In this document: one piece after another, positions 34,260-47,894 of the stretch
Layout: every line of letters begins with the position of its first letter
Position numbering within the stretch: position 1 is the stretch's first letter
Assembly (NCBI GenBank): GCA_977016875.1
Contig: CDRNST010000067.1
Span: 1,736,001 to 1,800,000 of the forward strand
Origin: Pavona decussata
Lineage: Eukaryota
Direction: 5' to 3'
DNA length: 64,000 bases
Made by a program: the position numbers and the translations under genes
Notes under the pieces: generated by a model
Database searches by the model: none
Seen by the model: the letters and a program-made list of their open reading frames with translations, nothing else
What the model was told of the DNA's origin: nothing

Positions 34260-37140
34260 CCCTTGCGCTCCGGATCGGGTCGTATACGACCCGAACAAAG
34301 AGGACGCCTTATGATATCTTGTATGAAGTACCAACACGCGACCTAAAGCCTGCAATTCCTTTTGGGATAGATTTGAAGCAAACACGAGCAAATTTTCGAT
34401 TCGATCGCCATTTCTTCATCGTTTTTTCGTACTTTTTCATTCGGAGTTGAGTATGGACTTCCTACAAAGATGACGGCGGTTAGATTTAGCACGGAAGAGG
34501 TTATAGAACAAGTTGCTTGGGGTGATTCAGAAAAAGAAATGGACAGTGGTCATGATGACTTTGTTGGAGACACCGAAGATGAAAAGGGTCATGTGTTGAC
34601 ATTGCCACGGCAAATGAGGAATATTCCAGCACACGAAAGAGTACCCATGCTCCTGATGGATCGAGAAGTGAATTCAGCAAGTCTTTTTATAGATTTTGTT
34701 TGTTTTTGTTGGTCGAAAGTTGATTTTTGTAGTTTATGAAGGCTGATTTTGAGAATAACTTTATAGCTATCGTTTATACACAAATTTGATCGACAATTTT
34801 CAATCGGATAACTTGCATGCTTATGTTTAGCCACAAACAACTGATTATTCTTTCCCGCATTATTTTTATCTAGGCGTCAAAAGATAATGAAGACTCTGAG
34901 GACTCAGGGGATGCTGTGATACCAGAGGAAAGTGGTGTAAGTTGTAATTGCACTAATTTTGTTATTTTGATATCTATAATAAAATGTAAACTATTTTTTC
35001 GTGGTTTTGTGACTCTCTTGTTGTTTCTATTTTAGTCATCTGAAGAGAGTGCAGATGAATGTTTGGCTGCTGTTGTTGGAGTGGTGAAAGGTAGAGGGAG
35101 GGCAAGAGGCCTTGGCAGGGGAAGAGGCAGAGGTGGAGGAAGAGGCAGAGGTAGAGGCAGAGGTAGAGGACGGAATCCACCACGAGATGTATTACCAGAT
35201 ATTCAGTGGGAGGAATTTCAACGTGTAGAGCGGAATCCTGGTGAGAACGTTACATTCAATGAAATTCCGGGACCATCACGAGCAGCTATGATGGCTGAAT
35301 CTGTGAGTGATCATTTCAAGTTGTTTATCCCAGACACTTTAGTACAGAGCTGAGTGACTGAAACAAACAGATATGCAAGGCAGTCCAGGCTCGCAAAGCC
35401 CACTAATATGAAATGGACTAAAGTGACTTTTGAAGAAATTCTGGCATACTTGGGCATAGTAATTGCCCTGGGACTGGTGAACTTACCCTCTGTCGCAGAT
35501 TTTTTCTCCACTGAGCAAATTTTGTTGCATCCATGGTTTCCCTCTGTCATAAGCAGAGACCGTTTTCAACAAATAAGCCGGTATTTTACTGTTGCCAATG
35601 AGACTCTGTATCCGAACGACAAACTTGCAAAGGCAACCTGTGATTGATCATATGATTTCTAAATTTAGAAATCTATGGACACCTCATAGAGAGATCAGCA
35701 TTAATGAGCAAATGATTGGCACTCGATGTCGAATAGGCTTTATTCAATATATGCCAGCAAAACCAGTGAAATTTGCTGTAAAAAACTGGGTTTTAGCAGA
35801 TTCGGTTTATCCGTATGTGTGCAATTTTCAAATCTACACAGGGCGTGATGGGTGGACTCCAGAGCATGGACTCGCTAAAACGTGCGGTGATGGATTTACT
35901 GGATCCATACCTGGACAAAAGGGTATAGACTCTATGTCGATAACTTTTACAGCTCTGCTCATTTATTCAAAGAGCTGTTTGAGAGGAACACCCTTGCTTG
36001 TGGTACAGTCCGACAAGATCGGAAGGGTATGCCAAACCAACTCAAGACTAAGAACACGGAAGCTTATCAGAAAGGCCAGTCCTCATTCCTCAAGCACAAC
36101 AATCTTACCGTCATGAGATGGAAAGATAAAAGGGATCTCTTTGCCCTTTCCACATTCCATGGGAACTCTGTGGAACATGACATGCCAAGAAAACCCGAAA
36201 TCATTCTTTCCTACAACCAATTTATGAATGGCATTGACAGGAATGATCAGCTTTTGACATATTATTCCTTGAATGTCAAGTCCATCAAGTGGTGGAAAAA
36301 TCTGTTTTGGAGGCTGTTTGAGCTAAGCATTGTGAACATATTTCAAATCTTAAAATTCAAAGCACGAGATGCAGTTACTCAGAAACGCTTGAGACTTGAC
36401 CTGGCTCAGCTGTTGGTGCAATCACTGGTTGATCAGCGTACAATTCAGCCAGAATTCCCTGGACCTGGAAGACCAACACCTGATTTGGACAGGCTCAAGG
36501 GAAAGCACTTTGGCACTGGATCAAAGAAAGGGAATGCAAGAGGGAGGTGCAAAGTGTGTGCCAAGGAGAAGAAACCCAATGGAAAGTACAAAGACACAAA
36601 GACAGCAAACTATTGCGAACGCTGTGAGGTCTTGTGTGAGGGAGACTGTTTCCGGATCTACCACACAAAGCATAAGTATTAGCCAAAGGTTGACTTTATA
36701 ATTAATTTTATTGTGTATTTTTAATAAGTATTACAGTTGAAGTATAAATTAGAACAATATTTAGTCTTTGTGGTAAATAAACCTGTCCCAACTAAAATTC
36801 AAGATGGCTGCCATACCAGGTCCAAGAAAAAACTGTTTTGAGAGGGAAGTATTTGATAGATTCACTTGAACTTTGCCTAAATCTCTTCCCTAATAAGATC
36901 ACTTCAATAGCAGGAAAGGTACTTTTCAATCAAATTCATTGCTTTAAGGGACAGTGAAATTCAAATTTAATATATTTTCTAAAAAAAATTAATTTATGCA
37001 AACATTCTGTCAATCATTATACCGACCAGAATGCCCACAAGCCAAAAATTTTTTACATCTATGTATTCCTTATCATTTGAGCTTTCAGAAAATGTATATG
37101 TATTGATAGGCTATACTTCAAACAATGAAAAGGAATTTCC
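34260..37140 (+). mobile_element. piggyBac DNA transposon (5' end present, 3' TIR not found)
   Basis: TTAA|CCCTTGCGCTCC 5' terminus with the subterminal palindrome TCGGGTCGTATACGACCCGA, followed by a transposase. Confidence 0.8.
34470..36682 (+). pseudogene. piggyBac (PGBD4-like) transposase with two 5' introns, disrupted
   Basis: Exons 34470-34667, 34874-34936 and 35036 onward splice in frame. Motifs ETNRYA, ISRDRFQQI, ISINEQMI, QYMPAKPVKF, YVDNFY, WKDKR, YNQFMNGIDRNDQ, KWWK, and a C-terminal Cys-rich domain. Contains a stop and frameshifts. Confidence 0.9.
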
Positions 37141-37597
37141 CCTATTAAAAGCATCAAAAATACATATGAATTTGTCAAATTAATTCAGGTAATAAGGGGT
37201 TGAAGTTATGGTAACATGTTACTCGAGAGAAGATTAAAAAGCATTACCATAAGAACACAAATATCAAAAGTACACATGCGACCTATTTCCATATCGTCAT
37301 AACAACCGACTTTGTCTGGCATATAGGCGTTACATCGTAGTAGTTATTGTCTTGTGCAAATTAACAGCATGAGCATATTGCATGGTTTGCTTACGTTTTT
37401 AGCCAAAGAAAATTACTTGTTTTCATCATCTTCCTTGCCTCATTGTAGCTAATGCCAATAAAAAAGGGAACAAGCGGCCCAATGCTGAAAAACGTGGGGT
37501 GTTTTTGTTCCACGAGTTGTTGTCAGTCAAGGAGAGTACATGGAAGAGGTGACAGCGGAGCAAAGAAGGAGGTGGAATTTTGTGATAAGTCTATCTA

Positions 37598-40500
37598 TAG
37601 TCCAGCTGCTATCGACCAAAAAAATGCTGAATCGTTCACTTCAATGATAAAAGCATGAAACTTTCCCAGATTAATAACACCCCTAAGAAAAACATTTTTT
37701 GATATGAAGCCAGACCAAATTCACTACTGGCACCAAGTACTGCGCATGTCATAAAATACCCAACATGGAAACGAGGCTGACAATATATACCCTGCTTAAA
37801 CGTCTTTTCTTAAGAAATTTTGGTGAATAGACTTTCTAATATTCATAAATGAGTCTTTCGCTTTGCTATGAAACTTTAAACATAGTCACGTGACTTTTTC
37901 CTGGAAACTGACAAGGTAAAACATGGGATCCCTATGACCAGACTTATAAGAAACATTAAGAAACACGTTTTCTGTACTTTTAGAGTCAAAATTGGTCCCT
38001 TTTTGATTACTTATAACCTTTGAAGAACTGAACGTTTCAACACAGCTATAAGTTGTTAATAGGGCCATAATCTGGGCACGCTTCTATAGCACTGCATGAA
38101 AACGAGGATTAATAGCAGCTACCTTTACAAATGTATGCAACTAATAATTTTATCTTAAGTAGCCGAAAATTACAAATATATATTATGTATGACCTTATTA
38201 TTAAGGATTTCTTCCACCATAGATGCTTCTTCGAATGCGTCTATGGACAGTGGCTTGTAGCAGGCTATTACAGACTGGGCACTAGAGCCCAGGTTTCGCA
38301 CGGCTTTCAAGATGGCAGCTACCATGTCAACTTACAGTCATCGCTGGTAAGGAATATTTTTCCTGTTAACATTAATAAAAGCTTGTATTTTTTGTAATCA
38401 ACACACAACACATACACTTTTGGACTAATTTACGAGATACAAGTAAACAGTTTTCATTTAGAATGATTATTAATTGTTTTCTAAATCGACTCTGTAATTG
38501 CAAGGTGGTAAAGCTACATGTATAATTGAAATCACACTCAATGAAGCGTCAATTTGAGATGATATAGAATAAGTCATTGCAAACAGTACAAAAAACCGAT
38601 CCAGTTTAATTTCTAAGTCCACTAGCAAATATTAATTTTGCTGGTGAGGTTTTTATTCACTGGCAAAGGTCTCATAACTTCAATAGTGTACTGATTGTAT
38701 AAAGATTCTACTAAAAATGTTTGCATGAATTCCACCATCAAACCTACTGCTGGTTTTCTGTTCAATTTTGGGTCAAAGTTGTAATTAGAAAATTTACTAG
38801 TAGAAATTTCAATTTGCTACTAGATTTTGTTTTGGTTCGTCCAAACTCGCAAACATATTTTGGGCATCCTTTAAGTTAAGTGTTAATTATCCCAACAAAC
38901 TTGATTTCAGTTACAATTAAGGACCGCATCAAAAGCATGGACTGGGAGCAGTGCCTCATCTGCCAGGAAAGGACAAAGGAGGATTTGCAGTGTCCTGCAA
39001 ATTCAAAGAAAAAAGACGCTGGCGCTGGCTACACTTCATTTGTAAGCAACCTCGAGGAATTCCAGAGCCTTGGAAATACACCTACAATTATAAACGTCAA
39101 CAACTTGGATGAAGGTCACGGAAGAGAGCACACCCTTCGAGAGAAAAAGGCGTCATGGTAAAAGTCCTGTAGAGACTTGTACAGCAACACAAAGCTTGAA
39201 TGTGCCAAGAAAAGAAAACTCGCTGATGATGAAAAGAAGAAAAGTGATGAAATTGTAACGGAAGAAAGGAGTTCCAGCCCCCTTAAGGCCAGACGATCTA
39301 GTGTTCCAAGTTGTCATCAGGTCACAGAGAACAACTGTTTCTTTTGCGATACACTTGATACACCCGAAAATCTTCATGCCGCTTCCACCCTCGAAGTCGA
39401 CCGAAAAGTTAGAGATTGTGCCTTTCTTTTGAAAAAATAGCAAACTTACTGTTAAGTTGTCTGCTGGTGACTTAATAGCGATTAATGCAAAGTACCATGC
39501 AAAGTGTTTAGTTAGTCTGTATAATCGAGCTAGGCAGTTGAAGGTCCAACCTGCAAATCACACTATGAGTTCACCAAGCGACCTAGATGAAGTTGCTTTT
39601 GCAGAACTCATTGCCTACATCGACGAAAGCCTCGAATTGAAGAGCTTGCAGTGCTAAAGCTTTCTGATCTGGTGAAATTTTTCTTCTCAAAAAAGCAGGA
39701 ACTTGGAATTGAGTGTGGAAAAATAAATGCTACGAGATTGAAAGACAGAGTATTGTCAGCTTTTCCTGTTCTTACGGCACATACCCAAGGAAGAGATGTG
39801 TTGTTGGCATTAAAGCACAAAATCGGAGGCCTGTTAAAGGAAGCAAAAGAGAAGGATTGCGAAGCATGGCACCTGGCAAAAGCAGCAAACATTGTCCGGA
39901 GAGATATCCTGCATATAAAGAATTTACTTAACGGAACGTTTGCACAAGAATGCCAGAAAAATGCAGTTCCAGCATCCCTTAAAACTCTGATAGGCATGAT
40001 TATCAAAGGCCCAACCACCAAGATTGACCCTGCAGACAGTCAGGCGTGTCTTACAGTTGCCCAGCTAATCGTCTTCAACAGCATCTCGCGAGTTCGCGTT
40101 CGATCAGAATCTACTGGCAGCACTCATCATGTCAGAGCTAGAGAGTGCCCGCTACCTATCTATGCAGCACTAAAAATTCACGGAGCCACAAGGGATAAGT
40201 CTCTGATAGATACATTTTTCAATCTGGGGATGTGCATTTCGTATGATAGACTACTTTCTATGTCCACTAAAATCACTAACAGTGTTATAGAACAGTACGA
40301 GGCTGAAGGAGTTGTAAGTCCATCCAAACTCAGCAAGGGTCTGTTCACCACTGCAGCGGTTGATAACATAGACCACAACCCTAGCTCAACCAGCGCCCAT
40401 GATTCATTCCACGGCACCGCAATTTCACTAGTCCAGCATCAAACTGCCGAGGAACCAGGGAATGAGAGACCCACTGACATCTTCGACCCCAACAAATGTC

Positions 40501-43500
40501 CTACCTCCAAGAAGATAGCCCAACTACCATCACATTACAGTGAAGTACCACCCGTCGCCCTACCCTCAAATGAGCTTCGCGCTCCAGAAGTCACTGCACA
40601 GCTGTCATCCCATCCTCAAGTGACATTCACCAGTGAAACCAATCATGAGTAAGATTAGCTAGAGAATACCAAGGAAGTTCTCTCCAAGACAGAGCGTGAT
40701 AAAGAAGATAATGTGTCTTGGGCGGCTTACAGTGCCTCAAAATCCTCATTGTCAAGTCACAAGCCTGCCATGATTTCACTACTACCGATGTTTATGGACA
40801 ATGCGCATTCATTGGCTATGATAGCTCATTCCATGAAAGTGATCAAATCTGCTGTTCAACACATCAACCCCTCCCAAATCCCAGTTATTGCTGTTGACCA
40901 ACCCCTGTTTGCCTTGGCCAAACAAATCCAGTGGACGTTCGGTGCCATGTACAATGAAGATCAGTTTGTTGTCATGCTTGGAGGACTTCACATAGAAATG
41001 GCCGCATTTAACATGCTCGGAAAGTGGTTGAATGGCAGTGGGTGGGCAGAGGCACTTTGTAATGCAGGGGTGGCGACACAAGGAGTAGCTGATTCCTTCC
41101 TGAGTGCAAGCCATTTAACTCGAACACGCCAAGCGCACCAAGTAACCGCAGTAAGTCTGTACATACTGATGAACAAGGCATATGAACACTATAGGGGTAA
41201 TGTTGGAGACAATGATCAGGCCAAATCGTTTCAAGAATGGAAAGGAGAAATGTCAAGGAAAGTCCCGCAGTTTCTGTTCTGGGCCAGAGTACTGGATTTG
41301 CAGCTCTGTTGTCTTCATCTAGTGAGAGCATTCAGGGAGGCCAACTTTCCCCTGTACGTCAAAGCCATTAAGGAGATCTTACCATGGATATTTGCTCTGG
41401 ACCATCCCAACTACGCCAGATGGCTTGCTGTGCATTACAGAGATATGTGTGATCTTCCATTCAAGCATCCGGAGGTGCACACACAGTTCAGCAATGGGGC
41501 TTTTGTAGTACACAAGACAGAGCGGTTGTTTTCTTCTATAGGGCTAGACCATGCACATGAGCAAGTTAATGGTGAGGTCAAAGGTGAAGGGGGTGCAGTT
41601 GCGCTCACAGAAAATCCCGCAGCTCTCAGAAGATGGATGATCTCAGGTCCCGAGTCGGCACGAATGGTAGAAGAATTTGAAGGTGAAATATCCACGGCTG
41701 AGACGCAGGGCCATCACGAGCAGAAGCCAGTTGTTCAAAGTGCGTTTACCAAAGATGTCAGCAATTTGGTCTCTTCAATTGAAGAACTCGGAAATCCATT
41801 CCTGGAAGAAGGCAACGAGCTAACAGCAATTCACACAAGGGACGTCATGGATGCTGCAGTTGTTAGCACCGTTCAAAACGTGAGAAAGATCGGAGAAGGG
41901 CAGTTCCAAGCATTCATCAAAGAAAGAGTCATTGACCGAAACAAGCCCATTACAGAACCTCTCAAAAGAAATAACCTCCCTACATTCAGCACCCAAAGCA
42001 AGAAGACCATTTCAAAAGAGAAAGCTAAAGTGGGAGTTTTGAGGGAGGACTGCGCTCTGTTTTCTAGACTGTATGTAGCTTGCCAAAGCCGGGATAGTAA
42101 TTTGGAGGAATTCTTCTGATTTGAGAACCAGCCGTGGCCTCCATCAATCTCACAAATGGGCCAGCTCAGAGGAGGGCAGAAAGCAGACCTGGTGAAGTGC
42201 TTATCCAATGCCTCTGCGCCGTCAATGGGGCAGCCAACGGTGGATGCAGTAATTCTTGACGGGGCCATTATCGTTAAGATGTTCCTACCAAAAACAGTGC
42301 AGACATTTGAGGAGTACTTCCATAATGTGTTTGCCCCTTATATCCTGGGGCAGCTTCAAGCAGCAAACAGAATTGACCAACTGTGGGATGTATACCGAGA
42401 GGACTCCTTGAAGAGATCCATGCGCGATTAGAGAGGCTCCAGACAACGACGGAAAGTGCTTCCTCAACAAGAATTCCCTCTGATTGGAAAGGATTTCTGC
42501 GAGTCCATGACAACAAGGATGAACTCTTCGAGCTTCTGGCAAGCTAGGTAATAACAATAATTAACAACAATTTATCTAGTAATAACAATGTGATAGATAT
42601 TACGTACAGAAAGATAAACAACAATAATATAGTTCAAAATGATAATTTTGTTTGGTCTTTTAGGTGGTTTCACTGATTCTTCCAGATCGTAAGGAGATCT
42701 ACACCACACACGGGGAAAGTGTCTTGTCTTCATCCACCCATGAAGAGGCGGGCACTCGCTTGATGATCCATGCACTAGATGCTAGCCTGTGCGGTCATCG
42801 ACGAATGAAGATTAGAAGTAATGATACAGATGTGGTCGTGTTAGCGATTTCAGTTGCTAACACAATTCAAGCAGATAAGCTGTGGATTGCCTATGGTTCT
42901 GGAAAGCATCTACACAACCTTCCATCACATTCCATAGCCACGTCGTTAGGTCCAGAGAAATTGTCGGCATTACCGATGTTCCACACTCTAACAGGATGCG
43001 ACACAGTGTCTTTTTTTGGTGGACGAGGAAAAAAGAGCGCATGGGATGTGTGGAAAGTATTTTCGGAACTGACACCAGTGCTCAGATCCCTCACAGAATC
43101 ACCTGAAGACATCAGTGAAGAACGTTTGGCTGTAATCGAGAGGTTCGTGATTCTTCTGTACGATCGAACAAGCAGCCTTACAAAAGTTAACAAAGTGAGG
43201 CAAGAGCTATTTTCAAAAAAGTCGAAAAGCCTTGATAGCACCCCTCCCACTAAAGCAGCACTCGTACAGCATGCAAGGAGAGCAGTATATCAAGGGGGCC
43301 ACATCTGGGCTCAGACTCTTCTACCGCGACCATTACTACCATGTCCTTCTGACTGGGGATGGTATTGTGATGGCAGTTCCTGGGTACCCCTCTGGACAAT
43401 GCTTCCCCAAGCAAAGGATACCTGCCACGAACTGATCAAATGCGGGTGCAAAACTGCATGTAGAGGACGGTACAAGTGCATGAAGGCCAATTTAGCATGT

Positions 43501-44310
43501 ACGTATTTGCGCAATTGTGGCGGCAACTGCAACTAGGATGACACTTCAACAACAGCATAGTTTTTAAGGTGTACATGCAATGATCATCTCACGTTTAGTG
43601 TTGCCCTGTAGAAGGAAATGTTATTTTTGTAAGTAGCAATGTCAAACTTAATAGCAATGACGCAAGTGACACTTGAACAACACAGAATCTTGATTTAATC
43701 CGGCAAAATGAGTACTACATGTAATAAAAATAATTTCAACATCCGTGGAAATTGCGTTTGTTATAGCAAATTCACATTCGAACTAATGTGTCTCCTTATG
43801 TGAAAGTAGTCTTAATTTAGGCTACCAGCCTCGTTTTCATGCAGTGCTATTTAGAGCATGCGCAGTACCAAAAAGAATGTAATTTTTAGCTGTGTTATTT
43901 TGTCAGGTTTATATTTTAACGACGAAAGAGGAGGTAGTTTTGACTCTAAAAGTACAGAAAACATGTTTCTTAAAAGTCTGGTCATAGGGATCCCACGTTT
44001 TACCTGGTCAGTTTCCAGGAAAAAGTCACGTGACTATGTTTAAAGTTTCATAACAAAGCGAATGACTCATTTCTGATTATTAGAAAGTCTCTTCGACAAA
44101 TTCCTTCAGAAAATGAGTTTAAGCAGGGTATTTAGTTTCAGCCTTGTTTCCATGTTGGGTATTTTATGACATGCGCAGTACTCAGCGCCAGTAGTAAATT
44201 TGGTCTGGCTCCATATCAAAAAATGTTGTTCTTGGGGATGTTAGAAATATGGCAAAGTTTCATGCTTTTATCATAAAAGTGAACAATTGTGGTCGATAAC
44301 AACTGGACTA
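37598..44310 (+). mobile_element. Complete Academ DNA transposon (~6.7 kb, ~0.5-kb TIRs, 3-bp CTA TSD)
   Basis: CTA|TAGTCCAGCTGCTATCGACCA ... TGGTCGATAACAACTGGACTA|CTA. Inverted arms at ~37598-38115 and ~43821-44310. Confidence 0.92.
38938..43536 (+). pseudogene. Academ transposase with XPG/FEN1-like nuclease domain and C-terminal Cys-rich domain
   Basis: MDWEQCLICQ, AKYHAKCL, AAVDNIDHN, VDQPLFALAK, LGGLHIEM, LDHPNYARW, DHAHEQ; HEEAGTRL, SNDTDV, TGCDTVS; CGCK...C...CGGNC. Intron ~42548-42663. Several stops and frameshifts. Confidence 0.9.
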
Positions 44311-45864
44311 CTAGAAGTTTCTTGAAAACGCGGAATTTAAAATTGCACCTTATTGCCTATATGGCGGCGTGCAGCTTTTTTCCTGCTAGCTAGGTTAATT
44401 TTGTCCCGTTTTAAATGAATTTTGCGTATATCTGAGACTGTATCTACTAGTACGGGCTTAGTTAATTCCTTGTGTTTAAGACAAATTGTTTCTGGTGTTC
44501 AATGTTAAGTTTGAAAGGCAAAACTGCGATCGGGTGTGACGGAGCTTAAAGGACTCGCAAAATGATTATAAAATGGAGAACCAACATACTACCACAAATT
44601 ATCTCACTTCATCGTTTTGGCCACATTCTATAGTATTTTTTGTGCTCAACGGCCACTCTTACGACGACCTTCACAAACTTTACACAACATTTGTAAATAA
44701 CACTGCTCGCCATCCTGCCTTATCCACCGGCAACTTCATCACTCAGGATACCGCAAGTCACGCGGACGAAGAGAATGTTGGCTGCTGTCGTTGTACACTT
44801 CGACTAAAACAACTGCGAGGAATAAGGACAAATGCCCGAGAAAATGTCAAATAAAGAACCTCAACATTGTACAATTTAGAAGTCTCGCAATCCCAACATT
44901 CTGAAACCCAACTGAAACGTGTTCTGCAAGCAGTTTGGTCCATTTCAAACTTTTTCGCTTGATACTATTTGGCAAAAACATGGCTAATCTAGCCAGACGT
45001 TGTGAGAAAATCCTTCAAGGTGAGTCCAGGAGACTGTAATGGCCACTAAGTAATCTTCTAAGCAGTAAAAAACTGAAAACAGCAGATAAACTGACTTCGA
45101 GACTCTCCAAAGAGTAGCTGCCCGCACGAGCACAAGCAACAGTCAGCGGTAGTCAGAACAGATCATGAGCAACTTTTGATCTTATAGACCCCAGATTTTA
45201 AAAGCGCGAAGACACGATGGGAATTATTAAACTCACAAAGGTTTTTACATAAAAACAAGTCTGGTGACCCCTCTTTCTATATTTTCAATATGATATTATT
45301 ATTGAGAGGAAACAGAAAAAAAAAAAATTATACGGAAGGAAATTTTCACTGCATAAAAAATGTCTTTTTCCCAATTTAAAAGAAATCCATTCCGTAGAAT
45401 TTTTTTTAAAATCACGTGCATTTTCCTTTTCAAATGCCAAAAGCTATTACTGAAAATACAGGGTGTAACAGGGTTAATTTTTTAATTATTAGTGCCACAA
45501 GCTAAAAAGTAGGTCTGAATAATCCTTTGAAAACGTTGCCATGGAAACTGCCCATGCCAAAATCACACTTAATTTTGGTCAACTATAAATTATATAATTC
45601 AACCCTACAAAAGTGTTACAATGTCTTTGCTTTATCTTTTTGTCCTATTCTTTTAAAGTCAAACTGTCAAAAAGCTGAAAACTGGTAACAGCCACCTTAA
45701 ATGTTTCAAATAGCGTACTTAGCAACACTTTCAACTTAAGTTTGTTGCTTTGTATTGTTTTTAACTTTCATTCATATTAACACAAGTCAAATGTGTCTTT
45801 ACTTAGCGTTTTTTATTTAGATGTTTTAGCAATTTTCACAAACTGAAATTTTTACCTTTTGTTT

Positions 45865-47200
45865 AGCATTGTCAGTAACTGACATAATTAAATTTTTAAA
45901 TTTATAAATGAGATTCGTAATTCGGAGATTGCGAACGGCGACATTTTGGTGTTGTACGATGTGTCTTCCTTGTTTACAAACGTACCCTTAGACGAAACAA
46001 GAGAGATACTCGCAAATAGAGCTTTCACCAACAATTGATTTAATACAACATAAGACTTGAACCTCACCAGATCCGGCCTTGTCGGCCTCCTTTGTGTAGC
46101 CACCAAAGGACAACTGTTACAATTCAATGGTGCCCTGTACGAAGACTGATTAGCTAATGTTTTCACGTCCTCCATCAAAGAAAACCTTGAATGAAAGGGG
46201 AAACTCCCTTCTTTCTACCGAAGGTACGTTGACAATACGCTCACCATCATGCCGAACAAAGTAACAGCAACTAACTTCCTGGACACGCTCACATTCCTCT
46301 GTAAAATTCACAATGGAAATTGAATGCAATGGCATGCTCTCATTTCTGGGTATCCAGCTACTAGACCGATCGCCTCAAATAGAAATAAAGGTGTACGTAA
46401 AACCTACAAATACAGGTTTACTCTTGCACTATCAGTCATGTTGACAATCTGTACAAACAGGGTCTATTGAGAACTATGCTTGATCACTTATCTTCTTCTT
46501 GGTCATATTTCTCAGACGAGTGCGACCGATTGAAGACAGTTTTCTCACGTTTGAAGTACCCAAAACATCTTGTCAACTCTACCATCAAAAAGGTCTGTGA
46601 CCAGCAGCCCCTTTAACCAGCTTAAGAGGCAGGTGACACGGTTCGTGCAGTCTTGCCATTTAAAGACCAAATCTCAGCAGATACTGTGAGGAAACAACTA
46701 AAGGAAGTGAGCCTTAAAGTGCACACCAACATTCAGCCCGTGTTTGTGAGCCGAAAAATAAATATTGTACAAGAACTAAAAGCCACTACTTGTAATTCAA
46801 CAGTGTGTAGTTTATAAAATTTCAATGTGACCTGTGTGATGTGGATTATGTCGGGTACACAAGCGTACATTTACATAATCGTGTAGAAAGACATAAATAT
46901 CAGTCCTCCTCCAATGTCAAACACTTCAAGAACATGCACAGGATGGTCCCTCAGGACCTGCTGAACCGTTTTGAGGTACTCAAGAAATGTAGAAACAAAT
47001 TTGACTGTTTAGTGCACGAAGTGCTTTTTATAAGAAACTTAAAGCCAAATCTTAACGTGCAACCAGAGTCTATTTGTGTGAAAGTATTTGTGTAATTTTC
47101 GCACACCGTTATGTTAAATTTCGTGCCTAGGTCGCTTTTACTGATGTAATTTGCATGATCTGCTAAATAGTTCCCTTGAAAAGGGATTTTATCATTCCTT
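45865..47200 (+). mobile_element. Penelope-like element fragment (RT + GIY-YIG)
   Basis: YDVSSLFTNVPL, RRYVDN, FTMEIE, KPTNTGLLLHYQSH, DYVGYT and KKCRNKFDCLVHEVLFIRNLKPNLNVQ. Confidence 0.85.
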
Positions 47201-47894
47201 TTAGCTGTTGTATGCTTGGACAAATTCTTTTCACACGGAAAATGCAGCAGATCATAGCATGATCATGGATTCCATCAATAGTCAACCTGAACAACTACCA
47301 AAAAGTTTTCGAGAGCAAGCTCTGACTGAAAAAGGCCAGGCCTATCAGGAATGTCACCATTCAACTATAGCGTTATTCCCAACGCCCTTGATATTCTCTA
47401 TGTCCTTCATCCATAAGCTAATCCTGCCTCAATAACGCCAATTATCTCCAAACAAGTTTCTTCTGATGCAAAGGTGTACTAGTAAAGCATAAGAAACTTA
47501 AGAATGTTTGAAAATAGTAAGTATTGTCAACAATGTAAGCAATAAGTATTGTCAGTATTGTATGTATTGTTAATAGTGTAAGCAGTGTTCAATATTGTAA
47601 TTATTGTGTTATGTAAAGACCATTTTTTGTTGAAAAAAATCTCTCTCTCTCTCACGAACATTTCATTGGAGGGGAATGATCATTGACATCCCTTCTGATG
47701 CCAATTTAAAAGAATACAACAACTAGATTTCATCTCTCATCCTAAACATACATGGGCTTTGGGAATGAGAATGTTGTCACATGATTTTGCAATATTTTAA
47801 AATGTAAATATTTGAAAATATTTAAATGAATACTTGTGTCACCCTGTGTGCGGCAACGAAGCTTGACTTGGAGGCCATCAAGATCTAAACTGAG

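Noticed and set aside
45455-45477. GGG|TTAA end as the 3' TIR of the piggyBac starting at 34260
   Set aside because: Its reverse complement CCCTGTTACACC shares only CCCT with CCCTTGCGCTCC, so it is probably the end of a different piggyBac-type element.
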